Source: an uncultured Desulfovibrionaceae bacterium (GTDB lineage: Bacteria; Desulfobacterota; Desulfovibrionia; Desulfovibrionales; Desulfovibrionaceae). Taken from it: a DNA stretch of 28,829 nt. The notes under the pieces are model-generated. The model ran no database searches. It was not told the origin of the DNA and saw only the letters and a list, made by a program, of their open reading frames with translations. Made by a program: the position numbers and the translations under genes. How positions within the stretch are numbered: the stretch's first letter is position 1; each line of letters starts with the position of its first letter. The stretch lies in contig CAYJNE010000002.1 of the NCBI GenBank assembly GCA_964371345.1, forward strand, positions 1-28,829, in the 5' to 3' direction. Shown piece after piece: positions 18,877 through 28,439 of this stretch.

Positions 18877-19950
18877 ATGGGCAAACTTTTTCTTGATGGT
18901 TGCAAACTGTTTAATCACCTCGACAGACTTAGTGATTGGTTTATGGCTAAGGAAATTCCTCCTGTGCATGTAGAAATTAGCCCCACTAGTGCCTGTAACT
19001 ATCGTTGTATATTTTGCTATGCAGATTATGCACACCATAAACCCACATTCATTCCAAATACTGTGCTTGTACAAACGATGAAAGATATGGGAGAGCTAGG
19101 GGTACGCAGTTGCTTAATGGCTGGGGACGGAGAACCGCTACTACATCCTGCCTTGGTACAGGCTATTGAAGTCGGCAAAAATGCTGGGGTAGATTTAGCA
19201 CTCAATACCAATGGGGCGTTGTTGACACCAGAATTTTCCCAAAAAACACTCCAACATCTTACATGGTTACGCACCAGCATTATGGCTTTAGACCCTTCTA
19301 TCTATTCCAAACTACACGGCGTAAAAGGACATAATGTTGATATCGTCTTGAAAAATTTAGAAAATGCGGTAAAAATTAAACACCGTGATAAATTAGATGT
19401 CACGCTAGGTATTCAACAGGTTCTCTTACCTGAAAATGCCAAAGACGTTTACGCCCTTGCCTTACGTGCACGAGAAATTGGCGTTGATTATTTTGTGCTA
19501 AAACCATTTAGCTTACATGGGGAAAATGAACATTACAAAGATGGCGTTTCTGCCATTGCACTACGCGACGAGAATTTGGAAATGTTGGAATGTGCCCAAA
19601 AACTTTCTACAAATTCCTTTACTAGTATCATACGTTGGAAGACGTTTGAAGACGACGGCAAACGAGAATATGAGCGTTGCCACGGTTTACCATTTATTGC
19701 ACAAATTGCATCTGATGCCAAAGTATATACTTGCTGTCCTTTTTTTGGGCGAGAAGAATTTTCCTATGGAGATTTAAACATTTCATCGTTTTATGATATA
19801 TGGTACAGTGAATCTGCTATAGCTTTACGAAAGCATGTTGCAGAAAACCTTGATGTACATAAAGAATGTATGACATATTGCCGTCATCACCAAATAAACA
19901 AGGTGCTTTGGGATCTTAAACATCCTCCAGTACATGTAAATTTCATTTAG
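18877..19950 (+). CDS. Radical SAM protein with SPASM/twitch auxiliary cluster domain (paralog 2)
   Basis: CNYRCIFC, AGDGEPLLH and NTNG motifs. C-terminal RCHGLPF...KVYTCC...YGDL...CMTYC. Confidence 0.92.
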   Translation: MGKLFLDGCKLFNHLDRLSDWFMAKEIPPVHVEISPTSACNYRCIFCYADYAHHKPTFIPNTVLVQTMKDMGELGVRSCLMAGDGEPLLHPALVQAIEVGKNAGVDLALNTNGALLTPEFSQKTLQHLTWLRTSIMALDPSIYSKLHGVKGHNVDIVLKNLENAVKIKHRDKLDVTLGIQQVLLPENAKDVYALALRAREIGVDYFVLKPFSLHGENEHYKDGVSAIALRDENLEMLECAQKLSTNSFTSIIRWKTFEDDGKREYERCHGLPFIAQIASDAKVYTCCPFFGREEFSYGDLNISSFYDIWYSESAIALRKHVAENLDVHKECMTYCRHHQINKVLWDLKHPPVHVNFI

Positions 19951-19962
19951 GAACATTTCCCA

Positions 19963-20829
19963 ATGAGCAAAAAAGAAATTTATTGCCCAACATGTGAAAA
20001 GGGAAGTAGCTCATTTTGGAAGGAACGTTCTGGATTCCCCATGATGCTTTGTTCATCTTGTGGACTAGTACACCTACAATATATTGAAGAAAGTGTTAAT
20101 GAGCGTTTTTTTGGAGACTCCGAAAAAAACGCAAAACAAGTATCTATAGATCAAAACTCAATATCTGAAAATAAAGACAAAATTGAATATTGGAGTTTCC
20201 CTCACTTTTTTGAAAAACACAGCAATGTCTTTGAATACTTTTTTAATGAGCGTTTAACTCTTCTAAAAAAGTTTAATCCTAATATAAAAAGCTTACTAGA
20301 CATAGGGTGTGGGTACGGTTTTTTCTTACATCACGCACGTAAAACTATTCCCGAGGTAGAGGGTATTGAACTTGATACAAAAATTGGTACATATGCTAAA
20401 CAACATTTTGGCCTTAATGTGCATTGTATACCAGTGGAAGAGTTTAGCTGCCAAAAGAAGTTTGACTGCATAATTTTGTGTGATGTGTTGGAACATCTTG
20501 AGCATCCTGTAGAGGTGCTTCGTTCCTGCCGCTCACTTTTGAACCATGGTGGATTAATTTTTGTACAAGTGCCAAACTTAACAGGTTTTCGCCTTCCCAT
20601 GCAACATAGTTGGGGCTTACCACACCATATATGGCAATTCAATCCATCCAGTTTAAAAGCCATACTTGAGAAAGCTGAATTTATCCCTCATGAGTATCAT
20701 ACTGGTATCTTAGGTGTTATTGGCTCCTATGAAAGAGGAGGCCCCACATGGTGGGAGCGTATACAATGGGCTATTGGCAGAAAATTTAAAATAGGCAATA
20801 GATTGCAGTATATAGCAAAAGCACATTAA
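19963..20829 (+). CDS. Class I SAM-dependent methyltransferase with N-terminal Zn-binding motif
   Basis: CPTC...CSSC, LLDIGCGYGFFL, FDCI...DVLEH and LNHGGLIFVQVPN motifs. Confidence 0.9.
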   Translation: MSKKEIYCPTCEKGSSSFWKERSGFPMMLCSSCGLVHLQYIEESVNERFFGDSEKNAKQVSIDQNSISENKDKIEYWSFPHFFEKHSNVFEYFFNERLTLLKKFNPNIKSLLDIGCGYGFFLHHARKTIPEVEGIELDTKIGTYAKQHFGLNVHCIPVEEFSCQKKFDCIILCDVLEHLEHPVEVLRSCRSLLNHGGLIFVQVPNLTGFRLPMQHSWGLPHHIWQFNPSSLKAILEKAEFIPHEYHTGILGVIGSYERGGPTWWERIQWAIGRKFKIGNRLQYIAKAH

Positions 20830-20916
20830 TATATTATTAATTATATAAGCATATACGCATTGATATGAGCATTAATTAAGTCAAGTTGTAGAATGTTTTT
20901 GATATGAGGTTTTTTG

Positions 20917-22428
20917 ATGAATAATAACTGTAAAATATTAGAATTTTCACGCGAAAAAATTATTCAAGGACACCCTATTTTCACAATTACTTGTCCTATT
21001 TGTAAAAGCAACTCTCAGGTTGTAATTGATAAAAAAAGTCTTGTTTCTTGTAAATTACAATGCTCTGATTGCATGCAAACACTCTCATTTAATAAAGAAG
21101 AATTAATACAAATTGTTAAAGCTGAGTTACTGCATATGGCAGAGCGAATAGAATTTGAAGCAAACGAAGACAACACCATATCTCTTTCGCAATCTGAGAT
21201 TGAACTACAACAAAACCATCACGAAACCTCTGTACAAGCTAATGAAGTACTCCTCATGCATTTTTTAATTGCATCCAAAGCTTTAGCGCACATTGTTCCT
21301 GTATACTTTGTAAAATTACGTTCAGATAGAATTGGACACTTGATACTCAATACAGCTTGCTTTTTAGTAAAATTGCAGACAGAGGGCCGCCTATCCTCAT
21401 CTTTGATTTTTGCATATCCAACTGAGCCTGTATGTAACAAATCCCTTGTAAATTTCTGGATGCGTTATATGCACATGCCCATTTGGGTAGAATATGCTTA
21501 TTCTATTTGCACTAATTCTCCAAATCTAGAATATATGTGCTTTGATCTATACGGTTCGCCTATCTCAGAAGATGAACTTATAGACTATAGGTACTATTAC
21601 GAACAAAATTTAGTAAATTTTGAATTTAGTAAGGAGGAACATCATTTAGCCAAATCAGAGTTGCAAGGTATAGGTGTAGAACAAGACAGCCCCTATGTAT
21701 GTTTCTTAGGACGCGACCCTCAGTACTTAATTGATATGTTTCCAAATTCAGATTTCAAATACCACGACATTCGAAATATGGACATACATAGCTTTCTCCC
21801 TGCTATGCATTACTTTGCCAAGCAAAAAATATATTCTTTACGTGTGGGAAACGTCGTACAGCACGTATTAAATGAAAATTCTCCATATATCCTAGACTGC
21901 TCTAACGGGCGCGTAAGCGATCTTTTGGATTTTTATATTCCTGCAAACTGCGCTCTTTGTATAGGTATCCTTTCTGGAATCATAGATGCTGCTCACCTAA
22001 GAAATATCCCCACGCTATACGTAAATTGCAACTTATATGCTTATACTGCTATGAGCTTAAGTACTGTAACCATCATTTACAAGAAATACTATTATATCCC
22101 CAAAAAACAATATTTATCATATGAATTTGTCATCGCCAATGATATACACAAGCTTTCTCCTGAGGAACTTGCCAGTTTGGAAATTCATTGGCAAGACAAT
22201 AGTCCTAAAGAAATATATGAAGCAGCTATGGAAACATGGCAACGTATACAGGGTACATTTCCTCCCCCTGAATTACAGGAAAAATATGATGCCATACAAT
22301 TGAAATATAGAGCTATACTAGATAAATATCCTGAAAAACGCACCTACCAAGGATATATAAGCCAACACAAGGCGCATTCGCACATACCTCTTTGTTTTGT
22401 AAATAGTAACCCTTGGTTTTTGGCATAA
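20917..22428 (+). CDS. Putative glycosyltransferase, TIGR04372-like, with N-terminal Cys4 motif
   Basis: DRIGHLILN, YVCFLGRDPQY, HDIRNMDI..F..A and LRVG motifs resemble the TIGR04372 family. N-terminal CPIC...CSDC. GAGG RBS. Confidence 0.7.
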   Translation: MNNNCKILEFSREKIIQGHPIFTITCPICKSNSQVVIDKKSLVSCKLQCSDCMQTLSFNKEELIQIVKAELLHMAERIEFEANEDNTISLSQSEIELQQNHHETSVQANEVLLMHFLIASKALAHIVPVYFVKLRSDRIGHLILNTACFLVKLQTEGRLSSSLIFAYPTEPVCNKSLVNFWMRYMHMPIWVEYAYSICTNSPNLEYMCFDLYGSPISEDELIDYRYYYEQNLVNFEFSKEEHHLAKSELQGIGVEQDSPYVCFLGRDPQYLIDMFPNSDFKYHDIRNMDIHSFLPAMHYFAKQKIYSLRVGNVVQHVLNENSPYILDCSNGRVSDLLDFYIPANCALCIGILSGIIDAAHLRNIPTLYVNCNLYAYTAMSLSTVTIIYKKYYYIPKKQYLSYEFVIANDIHKLSPEELASLEIHWQDNSPKEIYEAAMETWQRIQGTFPPPELQEKYDAIQLKYRAILDKYPEKRTYQGYISQHKAHSHIPLCFVNSNPWFLA

Positions 22429-22580
22429 CTGAAAGCACTAGCCTGCATCTTTCATGTCATATTTGCTGTGCTAGATTTGTAGTAATTGACTTAATTTTTT
22501 TACAATAGTTTTATGGATTGCTTCGCCGTTGCATTCCATACATTTTAATTTTTTAACACACAATTTTATAATAATTACTC

Positions 22581-23768
22581 ATGAAAAATAACATCCGCCC
22601 TTGGGCAATCATTCTTGCTGCTGGACAAGGTGAGCGTTTAGCTGCCCATACCAAGGGTATTCCAAAGCAATTTGTCCATTTCAAAAATCTCCCTCTATAT
22701 TATCACTCGGCCCTAACATTTAGCCATAACCCTCGTTTGCAAGGCATTATATTTGTTTTTCCAAAGGCTCATATGGAGGCCGAACAACAAAACATAGTAA
22801 ACCTTGAAAAACACAATCCGCTGGGCTTAAAGTGGCTTTGTGTTGCAGGGGGCAAGCTTCGCCAAAACTCAGTATATGAAGGCCTTAAAGCCCTACCCCC
22901 CACTTGCACGCATGTGCTTATTCATGACGGTGCACGCCCCTTTGTGAGTGCAAAACTTGTGGAAAATATTTGCATAGCTCTAACCCATGAACATAAGGGC
23001 GTAATCCCTGGCCTTGCCATAACTGACACCATTAAAAGTGTGCAAAATGGGCTTATTAACAAAACGCTTGATCGCTCTAAGCTTTTTACAGTACAGACAC
23101 CGCAAGGCTTTGATAGGCATATCCTAGAAAAAGCCCACCAAAAAATACAAGAACAAAACCTTAGCGTCACCGATGATGCATCCATACTTGAATATTGTAA
23201 TTATCCTGTATATATGATAGAAGGTGAGTCACAAAACGTCAAAATTACAGAGGCCCAGCATATGCACATGCTACAAAACACATCCCCTCGCCCATGTAGC
23301 GGTTTTGGCTATGATGTGCACCGTTTTGGTAAGGGACGCCCCCTAAAGCTTGGGGGAGTACTCATGGACGGTAAGCTAGAAGTAGAGGCCCATTCTGACG
23401 GGGATGTGCTCTTGCACGCCCTTATGGATGCCATGCTTGGCTGTGCATGCTTGGGCGACATTGGCAAACATTTTCCAGACAATAATGCCGATTTTGAAAA
23501 TGTGGACTCCGCCGTTTTATTAAGTAATGTTTTGCAAATGTTAAAAGAAAAACATATTGAAATAACTCACATTGACTTAACAATAATTACCCAAAAACCA
23601 AAAATTGAACCACAACGAGCCGCCATTGCTAAAAACATTGCGCACTTATTAAATATGCCTTTAGAAAGAATAAACATTAAGGCCACCACCGAGGAAGGTC
23701 TCGGATTTACAGGCAAAGGTGAAGGCATTAAAGCCATAGCCCTTGTTAATGCAACCTCAACCCATTAA
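22581..23768 (+). CDS. ispDF: Bifunctional MEP cytidylyltransferase / MEcPP synthase
   Basis: IspD motifs ILAAGQGER, PKQF, IHDGARPF, QTPQGF and TDDAS. IspF motifs GYDVH, HSDGDVLLHA, DIGKHFPD and KATTEEGLGFTG. Confidence 0.96.
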   Translation: MKNNIRPWAIILAAGQGERLAAHTKGIPKQFVHFKNLPLYYHSALTFSHNPRLQGIIFVFPKAHMEAEQQNIVNLEKHNPLGLKWLCVAGGKLRQNSVYEGLKALPPTCTHVLIHDGARPFVSAKLVENICIALTHEHKGVIPGLAITDTIKSVQNGLINKTLDRSKLFTVQTPQGFDRHILEKAHQKIQEQNLSVTDDASILEYCNYPVYMIEGESQNVKITEAQHMHMLQNTSPRPCSGFGYDVHRFGKGRPLKLGGVLMDGKLEVEAHSDGDVLLHALMDAMLGCACLGDIGKHFPDNNADFENVDSAVLLSNVLQMLKEKHIEITHIDLTIITQKPKIEPQRAAIAKNIAHLLNMPLERINIKATTEEGLGFTGKGEGIKAIALVNATSTH

Positions 23769-23786
23769 AAATCTCTAAGGTTAGTC

Positions 23787-25532
23787 ATGACAGATAAAGA
23801 TATTACTACAAAAATAATTAACGAAAGCCCTTGGTTACAAAATTATGATGCTGGTGTTCCGCACACGGTAGATAGGTTTGACCAACCAATTTTTGCCCTG
23901 CTTGATCAAGCCGCAAGAAACCACCCCACCCGTGATGCCATAGTTTTTCAAAACACAAAAATTAATTATGCCGATCTTAGGGATAAGGCAGAGGTTTTTG
24001 CATCATCTTTACGCCTTATGGGTGTAAATCACGGTGATCGTGTAGCCATTATGCTCCCCAATTTGCCCCAAGCAATCATTGCTTTTTGGGGTGTTATGAA
24101 GGCTGGAGCCATTGCCGTTATGACTAACCCCTTGTATATGGAATCAGAAATTATACACCATATGCAAGATTCTGGTGCAAAGCATCTGATTATGCTTGAC
24201 CTGCTTTGGAATAAAATAGACCCCTTGCGTGAGCGCATCCCCATTGAAACATATATTGTAACATCCATTGATGATGCCCTATCTTTCCCTTTGAATTTCT
24301 TATACAAATTCAAAGCAAAACGCAGTAATACGCATGTTGAAATACCATATAATAATGAAGACATTATACCTTGGAAAAGTATGTTCACATCCACCCATAG
24401 ATACAGTGCCAAACAACGTGTAAAAGCGGACACTGTGGCCCTTTTGCAATATACAGGCGGTACTACGGGCCTACCTAAGGGGGTTATGCTTACCCACTCC
24501 AACATAGGTACCAACTGTAGGCAAATTATAAGTGTTATCAGTGACATAACAAACGATCACCACAAGTTAGTTGCCCTTTTACCATTTTTTCATGTTTATG
24601 GACTTTGCGTAGGGCTCATTATTCCAACGGCTCTTATGGGAACCTCACTCCCAATGCCACGCTATGTGCCGCAAGATGTCCTAAAGCTTGTTAAAAAGCA
24701 CAAGCCCACCATATTCCCAGGCGCGCCTTCGGTTTATATTTCGCTCATGCAGCAAAAGAATTTAGAAAATTATGACCTAACTTGCATCAAGCTTTGCATT
24801 TCAGGCTCTGCTCCACTGCCTGTGGAGCATTTTCGCAGATTCCAAGAAATTACTGGTGCAACCATTATTGAAGGTTATGGCCTCACCGAAGCCTCACCCA
24901 TTACCCATATTAACCCCCTAATATCTGACAACCAAAAGGCTGGATCCATTGGTATGCCCATTCCTGGAACTCGTGCCCGCATTGTGGATATGGAGGGCGG
25001 ATCCCTAACTCTGCCAGCTGGAAAAATGGGTGAGCTCATTATCAAAGGCCCACAAATCATGGCAGGATATTGGAATATGGAAGATGAAACCGCATCTGCC
25101 TTGCGCAATGGCTGGCTATATACTGGCGACCTTGGAACCATGGACGAAGAGGGATTTTTCTACATAACCGACCGTAAAAAAGACATGGTCATTGTGGGTG
25201 GATATAACGTCTATCCTCGTGAAGTTGATGAAGTTTTGCTTGAACATCCAAGTATACTTGAAGCCGTAGCCGTGGGTATTGAAGATACTGTTCGCGGTGA
25301 AAGCATAAAGGCATTTATTGTACTAAAACCAGGTGAGGAGCTAACTCGCTCTGAAGTTTTAGCATGGTGTAGAAGCAAACTTGCATCATATAAAGTGCCA
25401 AAAACAGTAGAGTTTCGTGAAGAATTACCCAAAACCATTGTGGGTAAAGTGCTACGCCGTGTGCTCAGGGCAGAAGATGATGCCCAAAAAGAAAGCCTAT
25501 TGCCCAAAATAGAAAAAACAGAGGACGCATAA
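23787..25532 (+). CDS. fadD: Long-chain-fatty-acid--CoA ligase
   Basis: YTGGTTGLPKG, EGYGLTEASP, GWLYTGD, DRKKDM and LPKTIVGK motifs. Confidence 0.9.
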   Translation: MTDKDITTKIINESPWLQNYDAGVPHTVDRFDQPIFALLDQAARNHPTRDAIVFQNTKINYADLRDKAEVFASSLRLMGVNHGDRVAIMLPNLPQAIIAFWGVMKAGAIAVMTNPLYMESEIIHHMQDSGAKHLIMLDLLWNKIDPLRERIPIETYIVTSIDDALSFPLNFLYKFKAKRSNTHVEIPYNNEDIIPWKSMFTSTHRYSAKQRVKADTVALLQYTGGTTGLPKGVMLTHSNIGTNCRQIISVISDITNDHHKLVALLPFFHVYGLCVGLIIPTALMGTSLPMPRYVPQDVLKLVKKHKPTIFPGAPSVYISLMQQKNLENYDLTCIKLCISGSAPLPVEHFRRFQEITGATIIEGYGLTEASPITHINPLISDNQKAGSIGMPIPGTRARIVDMEGGSLTLPAGKMGELIIKGPQIMAGYWNMEDETASALRNGWLYTGDLGTMDEEGFFYITDRKKDMVIVGGYNVYPREVDEVLLEHPSILEAVAVGIEDTVRGESIKAFIVLKPGEELTRSEVLAWCRSKLASYKVPKTVEFREELPKTIVGKVLRRVLRAEDDAQKESLLPKIEKTEDA

Positions 25533-25568
25533 TAAATCTGACACAGTTTAACCCTAGAACATCTAATA

Positions 25569-25598
25569 TTGACGAATGATGTAATTATGTTATACAAT
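25569..25598 (+). promoter_or_regulatory. Putative sigma70 promoter for the FapA-GT-GT9 operon
   Basis: TTGACG-N18-TACAAT, ending about 40 nt upstream of GTG 25639. Confidence 0.4.
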
Positions 25599-25638
25599 TA
25601 TTAACAAAACTAAAGCTTTTTAATGCGGAGGCTACCCC

Positions 25639-26757
25639 GTGCCCCTATATCTACAACATTACTTTGACCCAGATATGGCACGCCTGCAACCAAAGCTTGG
25701 GCGAGATAAAAAAACCGACCTCTATAACCTTGGTTATGTTCAAAATGTGCAACAGCACCAACTTTTGGCTGAATTTGTCCCGCTTGAAACTGTAGAAAAC
25801 CCCGATAAACGCTTTATTTTTGACGACCCCATATTCCCCATGGGGCACAACACCTACGTAGATCCACTAAACCCGAACTTCCTACTATCATCTGTGCAAG
25901 GCTATGTGCTTTATAGTAATGAAAAAATATTGGTAAAAGCCGTATTAAATCTCAATACAGATGTAAGCTTTCATACTGGAAATATTTCATTTATTGGGGA
26001 TACCAATGTACATGGCAATGTGCGAGCAGGGTTTAGTGTTTATGGTGAAAATGTAATCATCAACGGTGTTGTGGAGGGTGGCAGAGTTTCTGCCAAGCAA
26101 AACTTAACCATTGGCTGTGGTGCTAGGGGCGGAATTGCCAAGAAATGCGTACTTAAAGCCAATAATACCATACGTTTATCCTTTGCAGAAAAAATAGAAA
26201 TTAGAACAAGGGGCAATGTGCTTATAACCAAATATGCCCTACACTCAAAACTCTATGCTGGCACCAATGCCATTATTCAAGAACACCTCATAGGCGGTAG
26301 TTTGCACGCCTTAAAAGGGGTTTATGTGGGGCAAAGGCTTGGCAATAAAGCCCATGTTGCCACCCGTATATTCCTTGGTTATGACCCTTTATTAATTCGT
26401 AAGCTTGAAAAAATTGACAAGCGTATTGATGAATTTTCTGAAAAAATACACCACCTTAACGCAGTAGCTGGGCATTTACCCCCCGACACCAACGAGCTTA
26501 CACGCAGGCTTGATAATTTGCGCAGAAAAACTAATATATATTTGAATTCCCGCAATAGTGTGTGGGAAACCCTGCAAGAAGATAAAGAAATGCTTAAATA
26601 TTGCAAGGTAGTAGCAGCTGGTGACGTATTCCCAGGGGTGGAAATTGCCATCGGGCGTTCATTCCTACAGGTGGATAAACCTCTGCACTGTGTTGAGTTT
26701 TCACTCAATGAATATGATGAAATCATTTACACCCCACATGTTCCCAAAAAGAAATAA
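25639..26757 (+). CDS. FapA / DUF342 family protein
   Basis: V..HTGNISFIGD..VHGNVRAGFSV beta-helix repeats, a coiled coil and VFPGVEIAIG. GGAGG RBS before GTG. Confidence 0.85.
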   Translation: MPLYLQHYFDPDMARLQPKLGRDKKTDLYNLGYVQNVQQHQLLAEFVPLETVENPDKRFIFDDPIFPMGHNTYVDPLNPNFLLSSVQGYVLYSNEKILVKAVLNLNTDVSFHTGNISFIGDTNVHGNVRAGFSVYGENVIINGVVEGGRVSAKQNLTIGCGARGGIAKKCVLKANNTIRLSFAEKIEIRTRGNVLITKYALHSKLYAGTNAIIQEHLIGGSLHALKGVYVGQRLGNKAHVATRIFLGYDPLLIRKLEKIDKRIDEFSEKIHHLNAVAGHLPPDTNELTRRLDNLRRKTNIYLNSRNSVWETLQEDKEMLKYCKVVAAGDVFPGVEIAIGRSFLQVDKPLHCVEFSLNEYDEIIYTPHVPKKK

Positions 26758-26759
26758 TT

Positions 26760-28439
26760 ATGAATATGCCAAAACTTACACCAGATAATGATATTGTTAT
26801 TGAAAGAGAGCAAGGCCCACTTTACATGCTAGGTGCTGGCGGTGCAGAGCGAGAGCTAAGCTTTGTACGCAATCTCAAATTTGAAAATACACTACCAGTA
26901 CTGCTAGGCACGGGCCTTGGCCACGCCTTAAGACATATTTTAGAAGCTTATGACGGCCCTCTTGCCATTGTGGATAAGGAACTTGAAATACAAAAGCTTA
27001 GTAAAACCTTAGAAAGCCTTGAAACTGAACAAATTAACAGAATTACCCTAATTAACACTGAAGATAAAAACGAAGTCTTGCGCAAGCTCACCCTCTGGCA
27101 GCAAAAGCATAATCACCTACCTTTTTTAACCATTGCACACCCATTTTACCAACGCCTTGATAAAAATTGGTATGGTGAAATACGCAAAAATGTTGAAGCA
27201 AGCCAAAACTTTGATTTTTGGGCCAAGGCACGCAAGCCTCGCTTTGTGGGTAAAAGTCCACGAGTGTTGCTTATTACCAGTAAGTATTTTCTTATGGGTG
27301 AGGTGGCAAGTGCGTGTAAACGGCTAAATATTGAGCATGAACTGCTTACCGTGCCTGATGAATCTATGGCTAGCAATGAGTTTATTGAAAATTTACTCTC
27401 GGCTGTCATCAAATTTCAGCCCGATTGTTTACTCACCCTTAACCACTTAGGCGTGGACAGAGAGGGTGTGCTCATTGAATTACTTGAACAATTACAATTA
27501 CCCCTAGCCTCATGGTTTGTGGATAATCCGCATTTAGTTTTGCACCTTTATAATAAATTAAAAAGCCCGTGGGTTAGCATTTTCACTTGGGATTTTGACA
27601 ATATAAACTCACTGCAAGCCATGGGTTTTGATAATGTTTTTTATTTGCCACTGGGCACAGACCCAAACCACTTCAAACCCAATACCAGCGGTAATCATGC
27701 ATGGAAAAGCCCCATATCATTTGTTGGTAATTCCATGCATTATAAGGTGCTTACTAGACTAAAAAAGGAACCGCTACCAAATGCCCTGCTGGAAAATTTT
27801 AAAGAAATTGCCAAAAGTTTTGACATAAGCCCACAGCATTCAGTGGCAGAGTTCATTAAACAAAATTTTCCAGATGTTTACGCCCAATATGCAAACCTTA
27901 ACACCAATGAGCAACGCCTTGGCTTTGAAACTGCCATAACTTGGGAAGCCACACGCATATATAGAGCAAGATGTGTAGAACAAACCCTACCCTTTAAGCC
28001 GCTACTTGTGGGCGATGACGGCTGGAGCATTATTTTTGAAAAGCAAAAAAACCAATTCACGCTACATAGAGAATTGAATTATTATAGTGAATTACATAAA
28101 TTTTATCCTCTTTCTGACATTAACTTTAATTGCACAAGCAAACAAATGAAAGGGGCAGTAAACCAACGTATATTTGACGTTCCAGCCTGTAACGCCTTTG
28201 TGCTTACGGATTGGAGGGAGCAAATGGATAACCTATTTGAACCCAAAAGCGAAATTATTTCATACAACGAGCCAGAAGAAATACCAGAGCTTGTGAAATT
28301 TTACCTAGCAAACCCTACGGAACGAGCCCGTATTACCAAAGCCGCCAGAAAAAGAGTCTTAGCTGAACATACTTGGGATCATCGCATAAAAAACCTGCTA
28401 AAAGATATGCAGCAAGTATATGGAATAAAAAATAAATGA
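26760..28439 (+). CDS. CgeB/DUF3880-type glycosyltransferase (GT-B, Glyco_trans_1_2 C-terminus)
   Basis: SWFVDNP, LPLGTD, ISFVGNS, NQRIFDVPAC..FVLTD and EHTWDHR motifs. Confidence 0.85.
   Translation: MNMPKLTPDNDIVIEREQGPLYMLGAGGAERELSFVRNLKFENTLPVLLGTGLGHALRHILEAYDGPLAIVDKELEIQKLSKTLESLETEQINRITLINTEDKNEVLRKLTLWQQKHNHLPFLTIAHPFYQRLDKNWYGEIRKNVEASQNFDFWAKARKPRFVGKSPRVLLITSKYFLMGEVASACKRLNIEHELLTVPDESMASNEFIENLLSAVIKFQPDCLLTLNHLGVDREGVLIELLEQLQLPLASWFVDNPHLVLHLYNKLKSPWVSIFTWDFDNINSLQAMGFDNVFYLPLGTDPNHFKPNTSGNHAWKSPISFVGNSMHYKVLTRLKKEPLPNALLENFKEIAKSFDISPQHSVAEFIKQNFPDVYAQYANLNTNEQRLGFETAITWEATRIYRARCVEQTLPFKPLLVGDDGWSIIFEKQKNQFTLHRELNYYSELHKFYPLSDINFNCTSKQMKGAVNQRIFDVPACNAFVLTDWREQMDNLFEPKSEIISYNEPEEIPELVKFYLANPTERARITKAARKRVLAEHTWDHRIKNLLKDMQQVYGIKNK

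Noticed and set aside
17816..19950. RiPP maturase interpretation of the radical SAM/SPASM pair
   Set aside because: No precursor peptide ORF, RRE/PqqD domain, protease or transporter nearby. The context is sugar-nucleotide enzymes.
22429..22580. att-like direct repeat of the rnpB 3' end at the right boundary of the accessory cluster
   Set aside because: No copy of GGCTTATAGTCCAACTC was seen. Only a short GGATTGCTTCGC REP-like fragment is present, too short to call.
22581..23768. IspD-IspF fusion as a novelty
   Set aside because: Bifunctional IspDF is well known in many bacteria, including delta- and epsilonproteobacteria.
24029..24547. 172-aa antisense ORF and the other short ORFs nested in long genes
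   Set aside because: They lie wholly within well-supported genes on the opposite strand or another frame and lack motifs, so they are treated as shadow ORFs.
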